Source of the DNA: a virus
DNA: 64,000 nucleotides
Direction: 5' to 3' (one strand)
Virus record (IMG/VR): IMGVR_UViG_3300016469_000277
Location: 44,308-108,307 of that record
A model generated the notes under the pieces. The model had not been told where the DNA came from. It was given only the letters and a program-made list of their open reading frames with translations, and did no database searches. The position numbers were made by a program, and so were the translations under genes. This document shows positions 28,681 to 35,643 of the stretch, in pieces (the first letter of the stretch is position 1; every line of letters begins with the position of its first letter).

Positions 28681-28812
28681 TAGTCAGGACAGGATTCGAA
28701 CCTGTATGATGTACTGCTTCACTTCCAAAACGGTTGATTCCCTTGTATGGACGCATCGACACATCTCCTATTTAATCTTATAGTAGCGTCTAACCAATTC
28801 CGCCACCTGACT
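28681..28812 (-). ncRNA. tRNA-Leu-like RNA with non-canonical anticodon arm and very large variable arm (132 nt)
   Basis: Acceptor AGTCAGG/CCTGACT+A; D and T arms identical to the 27619 element; anticodon stem CTAT/ATAG with an 8-nt loop; variable stem GATGT/ACATC enclosing about 45 nt. Confidence 0.75.
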
Positions 28813-28985
28813 ATGTTTGCCTTTTAAAGTAGTTTAAACGACGTCAAAGTATTTGCAAAGGCTAACTAATACTTCTATCTCCTATACGATGAGAACGGAC
28901 TTAATCCGTGTTTTACGATCCTCTGGCCTAGAGGCTAGTTTCTTCTCTAAAGCAGCCTTTGCAAAGATAATAAAGTTTAGAAAAT

Positions 28986-29384
28986 TTACCAAATAAGATG
29001 CTTAACTATTTCTAGTACTTCTTCGTTAGGGATAGTTTGACAACCTACTTGAATTTTTCCTTTTTTGAAGGTTACTGTATAATCTCCTACGTTAACAATT
29101 GGAGGGGCTTTAAAAGAAGGATCTAACTCAAGAGAAATAATCTCTACTTTATTTTCTGTTAAGTTTACTGAGTTTCCCTTTCTAATACTCCAAGAATAAT
29201 CAAATCCTAATTTGTCATAACAGAGAGCTCCATTTTTTACGTTTTGACAAAGATAAATGTCTCCATCTTCTTTTTGGATTCTTCCTTCACACTCAACTTC
29301 TTCAATCTTAGCTTTGAATTTAGTACCTACTGGTACATTATCCCAATCAGGGATTAATACGGTTTTAAATAAGTTATTTTCCAT
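28986..29384 (-). CDS. Hypothetical protein
   Basis: ORF. Confidence 0.65.
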   Translation of the reverse strand: MENNLFKTVLIPDWDNVPVGTKFKAKIEEVECEGRIQKEDGDIYLCQNVKNGALCYDKLGFDYSWSIRKGNSVNLTENKVEIISLELDPSFKAPPIVNVGDYTVTFKKGKIQVGCQTIPNEEVLEIVKHLIW

Positions 29385-29406
29385 GGTTTTTTAGTTTAAT
29401 TTTTAG

Positions 29407-29482
29407 TAGCCGGAAGGGGAATCGAACCACCTATCTCCAAGATGAAATCTTGTTGTCCTAAAATCCATTAGACGATCCGGCC
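29407..29482 (-). tRNA. tRNA-Glu(UUC), CCA not encoded
   Basis: Acceptor GGCCGGA/TCCGGCT, D arm GTCTAATGG..AGGAC, anticodon loop ATTTCAT, T loop TTCGATT; one mismatch each in the anticodon and T stems. Confidence 0.8.
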
Positions 29483-29743
29483 ATTTTACCAAATTAGAAA
29501 CAGCGAAAACCGCCCAAAGTAAAAGAGTCAGTAAGTTTCTTTACAGAAGCTTTAGCTTTGTTAGCAATTACTCCTTCGCTTTCTCTTTTCTCTACTGTAG
29601 TAGTAGATTTCTGTGTTTGATACGTTGTCTTTTTCATAGTTTTTATAGTTTAGTTTTTCTTTTTCTTGATTTACGAACATCAACAGGTTTAGCCTCAAGA
29701 CAAAACCCTAAAATAAAAGCAGAAAGAATTAGGATTACGTAAG

Positions 29744-29974
29744 TCATAATCCTAATTCCTCGTACTCGTTAAATTCAATGTCTCTAATATCTGCTTCTAG
29801 GAAACATTTTTCAATATTTCCCATTACAGAATTAGATGGACTTGGTTTACCCTCGTTAAGTAACGATTCGTAGTGACTAATAATTTTAGAAACACTAACC
29901 CCATTGCGAACTGTGCCGTCAATGAGATTAGTGAATCTAATTTTAGTTTTTTCAAGAGCTTCAGTCTTTGTCAT
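29744..29974 (-). CDS. Hypothetical protein (likely start MTKTEAL)
   Basis: ORF tiling. Confidence 0.5.
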   Translation of the reverse strand: MTKTEALEKTKIRFTNLIDGTVRNGVSVSKIISHYESLLNEGKPSPSNSVMGNIEKCFLEADIRDIEFNEYEELGL

Positions 29975-30773
29975 TTGGTTCCTCCTCGCAAAGATTATCT
30001 TTAGCAAACTCATATTCTTCCATAACAGATTTAAAGCGATAATTTCTGCCAAATCTTTCTTTACGGTCATTATCCCAGTAATAATCAATAGCAAGAATCT
30101 TATCAAGCAAACTCAAATGATAAATTTGTGATCCTTCTAACTTTTTTATTTCTATAAAAGGAGGACCATAAGTAAACATACCTGTTTGTGCTTGGTCAAT
30201 ACGAACTTCATAACCTTGCGACAAAGACTCTATTATTTCGTCTTTAAGCAATAGAAAGTATTTACGATATTCATCTTCATAACTTTCTTTTAGTTCATAA
30301 AACATACTTTCTATTGCTTCTTCTTGTAATTTATAAAGAATGTTACGATCTTTAGAAAGTAAATCAGCAACAGAAGTGTAAACTTTAGGATTACTACTGA
30401 ATTGACTATCCACTAAAAAGTATATTTTAGCACTGATTGGATAACTTTCTTCTGTAGAGTAATCATATTCACTTCCTTCATAAGTATAGATACCAAGCTC
30501 AAAACTTTTATCAATTGAGCTATTAAATGTACTGTCAGTTAGTTCAATAGTATCAATATACTTAATGTCGTGATCGGGATAAGCAAGTATTTTTGCTTTT
30601 TCTTGTTCAATCTCTTCATACCTAGGACTACCTGGTTTGTAGTCATTTGAAAAAAGACGATGAACTTGTTTTTTTTGATGATACTCTGTTACAATTTCTG
30701 CAAAAGAGTCAGAAGCTTGTGTAGTTAGGATATTATCCAACACAAAAATGTTTTTTAGTTTTATTTTTCTCAT
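29961..30773 (-). CDS. Hypothetical protein
   Basis: Long ORF. Confidence 0.65.
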   Translation of the reverse strand: MRKIKLKNIFVLDNILTTQASDSFAEIVTEYHQKKQVHRLFSNDYKPGSPRYEEIEQEKAKILAYPDHDIKYIDTIELTDSTFNSSIDKSFELGIYTYEGSEYDYSTEESYPISAKIYFLVDSQFSSNPKVYTSVADLLSKDRNILYKLQEEAIESMFYELKESYEDEYRKYFLLLKDEIIESLSQGYEVRIDQAQTGMFTYGPPFIEIKKLEGSQIYHLSLLDKILAIDYYWDNDRKERFGRNYRFKSVMEEYEFAKDNLCEEEPNDKD

Positions 30774-30812
30774 AGTTTTAGTTTAGTTTAAGTTTAAGAA
30801 AAGAGAGCCCTA

Positions 30813-31118
30813 TTACAGGCTCTCATTTACGTCTTCCGCTGTATAATAGTGTTTACCAGAACGCCATTGATACCATTCGTATTCTTCGTAATTATAAAAT
30901 TGTTCATAATCACAAGTAATATCTTCAGGATCTTGAGAATAAAATTCTTCTTTTGTCATACTAGGAACAAAGACTTTATTTTTTTCATTCTCTTGTTCTA
31001 CGTAGACTTTAGCATCTTCTTCCCTAGCGAATACTTTGTAGAGATAAACACGATACTCTTCGTAAGGCAGTTCGTTATCATACCATACGAGGTAGACTTT
31101 TTTAACAGTATTTTCCAT
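30813..31118 (-). CDS. Hypothetical protein (KVYLV...VF..EE.AK.Y family)
   Basis: ORF immediately downstream of a twister ribozyme. Confidence 0.65.
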   Translation of the reverse strand: MENTVKKVYLVWYDNELPYEEYRVYLYKVFAREEDAKVYVEQENEKNKVFVPSMTKEEFYSQDPEDITCDYEQFYNYEEYEWYQWRSGKHYYTAEDVNESL

Positions 31119-31143
31119 AGTTTATACTTTTTAGTTTAGTTTA

Positions 31144-31290
31144 AAATTTACCCCTCTGCACTCAGTTGTAACTCCAGGTTTATACCCTGAGATTCAGACA
31201 TTACTACGCTGCAGTCTTTCTCTGCAGATGCTCGTATTCTTATTACAACTGTCAGCCCTTGGGAAGCTGAAGTGGTGCGTTAAAAAATTT
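31144..31290 (-). ncRNA. Twister ribozyme (type P1) with extended P5; predicted cleavage at 31282/31281
   Basis: UAA-CGCA-CC...UCAGC-UUCCCAAGG-GCUGA; P5 CAGUUGUAA/UUACAACUG; AGUGCA-GAGGG; T1 CCC/GGG and T2 CC/GG; one C-A mismatch in P2. Confidence 0.75.
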
Positions 31291-31533
31291 GAACCTGTAA
31301 ATAATAAACAGCAAGGTGTGGACTTTTACCACAGTTAAGGAAGTTTGCAATTCCTTTCACAACCTCATGTTAGGCTTGTACTTCTTGTACACCCTCGCCA
31401 TTTATTTTTATTATCCCTCTGCACTCAGTTGTAATAGATAGCCAGTAGTACTACAGTATGGGTTACATACTGTCCATTGCTGATTCCAACGCAGCATTAC
31501 CTGAAGTTGGCGGTCACTATCTGTTACAACTGC

Positions 31534-32067
31534 TCACCCTTGGTGAGTGTGCTGAGGAGTGTAGTACCACTTATATCCATAAGCGGTTTTACTACTATCT
31601 TTAGCTGCTTTTGACAAGCAGGTAGTTTTATAATTTAATTCTCTTTCTATGTCTTTCATACAAGACCACTCTTTGATAAATAACCCATCAAGAGTGTATT
31701 GGTATAGTTTTTTAGCTTTACCATGTTTAGCTCCAGAAAACATTTGAGAAAGTTTTTTCTTAGTTTCTTCAGTATGCTTAGGTCTATTTCCTCCTTTATT
31801 GAGATTAAGACCTTTGTTTTCATCTTTCCAATAGCATTTATAAAAAGCAATCCAATATTGCTCTCTTTCATCCGCTAAAGTGTCAGAAACCTCTTCTATT
31901 ATCTCACACACATGATTCGCAAAACCATATTTTTTCAAAGAGTTATGTAATCTATATTGAGTTCTACAATGTAGAATTTTATATAAATTCATTCTCTTTT
32001 TATAATCCTTTGTTTGCCCAATATATACCTTTCCTGTTGGACTTGTGATTTTGTATATTGTTATCAT
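31534..32067 (-). CDS. GIY-YIG homing endonuclease with NUMOD3 and NUMOD1-like DNA-binding modules
   Basis: TIYKIT...VYIGQT...R...E...N; KHTEETKKKLS; YQYTLDG.FIKEW...TAYGYKW; ATG 4 nt after TATATTTG (32072-32079). Confidence 0.9.
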   Translation of the reverse strand: MITIYKITSPTGKVYIGQTKDYKKRMNLYKILHCRTQYRLHNSLKKYGFANHVCEIIEEVSDTLADEREQYWIAFYKCYWKDENKGLNLNKGGNRPKHTEETKKKLSQMFSGAKHGKAKKLYQYTLDGLFIKEWSCMKDIERELNYKTTCLSKAAKDSSKTAYGYKWYYTPQHTHQG

Positions 32068-32137
32068 AATACAAATATACAAAATAATGCACCATTTCCC
32101 AAGGGCTTAGGAAAATAAATTTCTTTATCACCCTTGG
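31534..32137 (-). mobile_element. Free-standing endonuclease insertion bounded by a 10-bp direct repeat CCAAGGGTGA
   Basis: tcacccttgg at 31534-31543 and 32128-32137; removing 594 bp restores a continuous twister. Confidence 0.75.
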
Positions 32138-32322
32138 GAAACTGATTAACTAACAATATACAACAGAGGATTTTACAACTGCTGTTATTATTCTTCATTA
32201 ATCAGTGTGGTTTCACATCTTGACCCATCAAGCAGGGCAGCGACAAGAAGTCTTTATATCCACGTGAGTTATGGTGCATTAATAAATTGCTATTTAACGG
32301 ATAGCTCCGACAGAATCAGCTT

Positions 32323-32538
32323 TTATGTATAAGCATTAATAAAAGCGTATTGAATAAGTTTAAAGCCTTCAGTTTCTTTCATTTCATCACAAGGATGAAT
32401 GTAAGCATAACTTACGTTACTAAAAGCCCCGTGCCACACTGCTTTAACAAAGGCATCTCTACCAAATTCAGCAATGAAAACATTCATGGAGTTGATTTCT
32501 TCAACTGAAACCATTTCTCCTATACCTACTGTAAACAT
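32323..32538 (-). CDS. Hypothetical protein
   Basis: ORF. Confidence 0.55.
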   Translation of the reverse strand: MFTVGIGEMVSVEEINSMNVFIAEFGRDAFVKAVWHGAFSNVSYAYIHPCDEMKETEGFKLIQYAFINAYT

Positions 32539-32615
32539 AGTTTTTGATTGAAATTTCGTTTTTTCGCAAAGAAGGTTGTTCTCTCCCTACTAAGAGAGAG
32601 AGAAACAACCAATCT

Positions 32616-32849
32616 TCAACCTTCGTAACTTTGACTTTCAAATGAATTGAGTTCTGACTCATTTTGTAAATCAATTAGCTGTTGTAGTTTATTAGCAGGA
32701 AAACTAATATAATAATACTCAGCTTCAATTTCTTTTTTTGTTAATGCAACAGCGTATCTTTCAATAACTGTTGTACCTGTAGAGTAATTGATAAACTCTA
32801 CTGTAAAAGGATTATATCCTATTACGTTGTGTGAAATATTATTGCTCAT
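32616..32849 (-). CDS. Hypothetical protein
   Basis: ORF followed by a hairpin at about 32572-32612. Confidence 0.55.
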   Translation of the reverse strand: MSNNISHNVIGYNPFTVEFINYSTGTTVIERYAVALTKKEIEAEYYYISFPANKLQQLIDLQNESELNSFESQSYEG

Positions 32850-33079
32850 AGTTTATGTTGATTTTTAGTCGTTTTTGTTTGATAGCCAGTTTGTTCGGAA
32901 ATTTTTCACTTTTTTCAAAGGCAATTTTTTGAGAATTTTTGTAAGATGAGGAGGTAAAAACCGCCTTTTTTCTACAAATTTACCTATATTTTAGTAGATA
33001 AATCTCGAGTTGTCTCCGAAATTCCCGGGAAAACACCAACTCATCTCATACTTTTACTACAAATAAGAGAAAAAAGCAC

Positions 33080-33106
33080 AAAAAAGGGGGAAATTAATCC
33101 CCCTTT
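33080..33106 (-). terminator. Intrinsic terminator
   Basis: AAAGGGGGA/TCCCCCTTT hairpin plus T tract. Confidence 0.75.
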
Positions 33107-33109
33107 AAG

Positions 33110-33379
33110 TTAAAAGTTGATACTTTCTAGGACAAAACGCCTGTAAGTTATCTCATTTACTGTTCTTGGTTCTATTTCTCTAATAGTAATTGTCTCTGCT
33201 TGTTTAAGTTGAAACATATCACTAATGGGAAACTGTGCTTTACTGCCAATAATAATCTTTTCGGATTTACCGTCAAAGTCTACTGTGATAGCAGCGTAGT
33301 CACGAACATAGGTGAAACCTTTTACAGGCTTTGTGAAGGTGGCGTTAGCCACGATAGCGGATTTAGTTGTAGTGCTCAT
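33110..33379 (-). CDS. Small beta-rich hypothetical protein (likely start MSTTTK)
   Basis: ORF between a conserved upstream motif and a terminator. Confidence 0.65.
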   Translation of the reverse strand: MSTTTKSAIVANATFTKPVKGFTYVRDYAAITVDFDGKSEKIIIGSKAQFPISDMFQLKQAETITIREIEPRTVNEITYRRFVLESINF

Positions 33380-33410
33380 TGTATTTAGTTTTAATGCCAC
33401 ATTAGGCACT

Positions 33411-33427
33411 ACCAACAAAGGGGCATT
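33411..33427 (-). promoter_or_regulatory. Conserved 17-bp upstream motif, copy 1 (AATGCCCCTTTGTTGGT)
   Basis: 16 of 17 positions identical to 34792-34808; both precede small minus-strand genes. Confidence 0.5.
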
Positions 33428-33484
33428 CCTAAAAAAATACCCTACTACAACCTAATCTCTATCTAAGATAGACTTAACTTAAAG

Positions 33485-33543
33485 TTCTGTTTCGACCCTC
33501 AATTAGGTCATCATCAGCAGAGAGAATAACTCTCTGGACAGAA
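33485..33543 (-). ncRNA. Type III hammerhead ribozyme; cleavage after GUC at 33537/33536
   Basis: UUCUG-UC|CAGAGAG-UUAUU-CUCUCUG-CUGAUGA-U-GACC-UAAUUGAG-GGUC-GAAA-CAGAA. Confidence 0.9.
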
Positions 33544-33936
33544 ATTAAAACAAGCAGTAGATAAACTCTCGAAATATAGTGGCCACTATAAACGATACAA
33601 AGATATTTACAGATTTCTCAGGTCTGCTTTCTCTTTAACACAATTGAGAATGTGTTCGTACTTCTCTACTACTTGTTTTAATAGTATATATCAGGAATAT
33701 ACCAGCACCGCTGTTTTTGCTCGTAGTCTACAGCTTAACCACAAGCCCCTATCCTTTCCCCTATTTACTACATTCGGGAATACTTTCAGGTAATTTTTAA
33801 AGATTGCATGTTTTTGAATAACGCTTTTGTATTTGGTTAACTCATAAGCGTCGGATAGAAAGCAAAAGAGTTTGGTATGCAGTAATATACCATTCTCTCT
33901 CTTTACTACAAGGAATGCCTTCCATAGTAGTGCTTT

Positions 33937-33996
33937 TTTCTGTTTCGGGACTCGATTATCCCATCATCAGGTAGAACAAAAGTCCTACGACAGAAA
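33937..33996 (-). ncRNA. Type III hammerhead ribozyme; cleavage after GUC at 33989/33988
   Basis: UUUCUG-UC|GUAGGAC-UUUU-GUUCUAC-CUGAUGA-U-GGGA-UAAUCGAG-UCCC-GAAA-CAGAAA. Confidence 0.9.
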
Positions 33997-34002
33997 GGGA
34001 GA

Positions 34003-34332
34003 CTAAGCTCCCTGACTTTTAAGTTGGTAGAACGAATGACTTCTATACCTTTCTTCAAGATAGTTAAGTATTCTTTCTAGTATGGGTGCTTCTTCAGCCC
34101 ACATATCTGACTTGAGATAGTGGTCACGAAGTTCTTGCGAACCCAAGTCTTTACCACTGGCTATCTGAAAGCCAATAGTATCGAACCAATTAAATGCACC
34201 TTCTACATAGCCACCACCATATTTGGTTTCGTGAACAGGTACATTAAGCACTTCATTGCAGATATCTTCATCTAATTTGTTGAGAGATACTGCTTCGTTT
34301 GTTTCTTTACTGTATAGTTTAAAGCAAATCAT
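34003..34332 (-). CDS. Hypothetical protein
   Basis: ORF ending just upstream of a hammerhead. Confidence 0.65.
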   Translation of the reverse strand: MICFKLYSKETNEAVSLNKLDEDICNEVLNVPVHETKYGGGYVEGAFNWFDTIGFQIASGKDLGSQELRDHYLKSDMWAEEAPILERILNYLEERYRSHSFYQLKSQGA

Positions 34333-34411
34333 AGTTAAGTTAGTCTTTCAGATTATCCTGCTAACGGACAAGAGCAGTTTTGTTTTGAGAACCCAACAGA
34401 AACGAAACGAC

Positions 34412-34436
34412 GAAAAAGGGGGGTTGCCCCCCCTTG
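34412..34436 (-). terminator. Intrinsic terminator with GCAA tetraloop
   Basis: G-run/C-run hairpin plus T tract. Confidence 0.75.
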
Positions 34437-34439
34437 TCG

Positions 34440-34751
34440 TTAGAACATTGTGCTGAAGCGTGGGTAATCGCCCTTGGTTGTGGAGTTGATACCACGGAAG
34501 ATAAGGGTGATTTCCGAATTCTTGAACGAGAGAACTTCAGCAAGTGTGCCGTCAAGTAACGCATTGAAGCGAGTCTTGAATTTGGGACAATCGACATAGA
34601 TGCGACAGATTGGCTTACCATTGATAGGTGCCATAGGCTGCACATTGGTGATTGTGCCGTGGATGCACTCTTCGATGTTGATTTTTGCCAAGTCTTTGGC
34701 TTCAGTTGGTGCTTGCGTAGCAAGGCTTGCGATGTTGAATGTATTTGACAT
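34440..34751 (-). CDS. First gene of the left arm; small beta-rich protein (likely start MSNTFN)
   Basis: ORF with visibly higher GC than the genome and its own terminator. Confidence 0.65.
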   Translation of the reverse strand: MSNTFNIASLATQAPTEAKDLAKINIEECIHGTITNVQPMAPINGKPICRIYVDCPKFKTRFNALLDGTLAEVLSFKNSEITLIFRGINSTTKGDYPRFSTMF

Positions 34752-34791
34752 ATCTGTATTGTTTAAGGTACGGGGTACTGTCACCCGCGAA

Positions 34792-34808
34792 ACCAACAAG
34801 GGGGCATT
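34792..34808 (-). promoter_or_regulatory. Conserved 17-bp upstream motif, copy 2 (AATGCCCCCTTGTTGGT)
   Basis: Near-identical to 33411-33427. Confidence 0.5.
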
Positions 34809-34954
34809 GAAATAATAAACCCCTATTCCCCTATACATACCGGGGGTTTTAAAATTTGAAAAAATTTTAGACTTTAAAACTAGGAGGGGGGGGGTTCTAA
34901 AAAATTAAAAAATTGGGTGGGGGTGTTTTCTCAAGTACCCGTAGTAGAAAAGAC

Positions 34955-34984
34955 TTGTATAAATTTCAAAAAAATCTATCTTTG
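34955..34984 (+). promoter_or_regulatory. Bacteroidota sigma70 promoter TTG-N19-TATCTTTG
   Basis: Consensus -33/-7 boxes at the start of the right arm. Confidence 0.75.
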
Positions 34985-35000
34985 TGTAAATTGAGTCAAG

Positions 35001-35633
35001 GTGCAGTTAAATCACAATCTTAAAGGGTATAAGTGTTTAGTAAGGTTAAGTCACTTTACTAAAAGGGAAGAGGATAGGAATACTTTTCATCAGGGATATA
35101 TGTTTGCGCTACAGTCTGTCTCTATGAAGATACTTACCTTTCATGTTATGACTGACTACGGCATGCTAAGAAGTAGGGTTCCTTTAAGTGAGATCTTTTT
35201 CAAAGAACCTCTAGCGGATATTCCTTATTACTTTAAACAGTTGTGGGACTGCTTCTCAGAGAATGTCTCAGTAATCGAGTACGAATTTTTAAAAGAAAAA
35301 AGATGTCAGGTAATTTTAAGAGACGGAAGTAAGGTGTGGGCTACTTACCTTTTTACAGTAGACTGGTACAATAACGGATACTCAGATGAACCTTCGGATT
35401 ATAAGTGTGGCCATGTCCTAGTAGCAGATGAAGGTTATTTACTTTGCCAACCAAATAATAGGATATATTGGAGAGACTCTAATTGGGTAACTAAGCCTTT
35501 TCCTATCAATCCAAGAGAATTTAAAGTAGACGAAGAAATTCCTTCTGTTGAAACCGTAGCAGATAGGTGGATAGCTGAAGATACAGATTCTTTTTACTAT
35601 AATATAAATGACATAGAAAATACACCAACTTAA
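35001..35633 (+). CDS. Conserved phage hypothetical protein (QLWDCFS...YLFTVDW...QPNNRI family)
   Basis: ORF behind a promoter; recognisable family motifs. Confidence 0.75.
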   Translation: MQLNHNLKGYKCLVRLSHFTKREEDRNTFHQGYMFALQSVSMKILTFHVMTDYGMLRSRVPLSEIFFKEPLADIPYYFKQLWDCFSENVSVIEYEFLKEKRCQVILRDGSKVWATYLFTVDWYNNGYSDEPSDYKCGHVLVADEGYLLCQPNNRIYWRDSNWVTKPFPINPREFKVDEEIPSVETVADRWIAEDTDSFYYNINDIENTPT

Positions 35634-35643
35634 ATATATAATT

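Larger units (their letters stand above)
31411..32286 (-). ncRNA. Second twister ribozyme (extended P3 and P5) interrupted by a GIY-YIG insertion; cleavage site 32281/32280
   Basis: 5' part UUAU-UAA-UGCA-CC, P3 UAACU/AGUUA, UCAGUUUCCCAAGGGUGA; 3' part CAGUUGUAA...UUACAACUG-AGUGCA-GAGGG-AUAA. Confidence 0.7.

Noticed and set aside
28640-28681. Theta (HDV-like) ribozyme at a tRNA 3' trailer
   Set aside because: No HDV-type nested double pseudoknot starting at the tRNA end could be built by eye.
27619-28812. Suppressor tRNA reading of the tRNA-like elements (TCA/TTA triplets in their loops)
   Set aside because: The loops are 10 and 8 nt, and the triplets are not placed after U33 in a 7-nt loop.
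32282-32322. Pistol ribozyme-like CGUUAAAUAG string
   Set aside because: The remaining pistol stems and pseudoknot could not be found; only a small hairpin is present.
27600-34000. CRISPR or mini-CRISPR array
   Set aside because: The repeated segments are ribozyme and tRNA scaffold parts in pairs, not regularly spaced direct repeats, and no cas genes are present.
34361-34723. 120-aa alternate-frame ORF overlapping 34440-34751
   Set aside because: It is Ser-rich, runs through the terminator, and is likely a by-product of locally higher GC.
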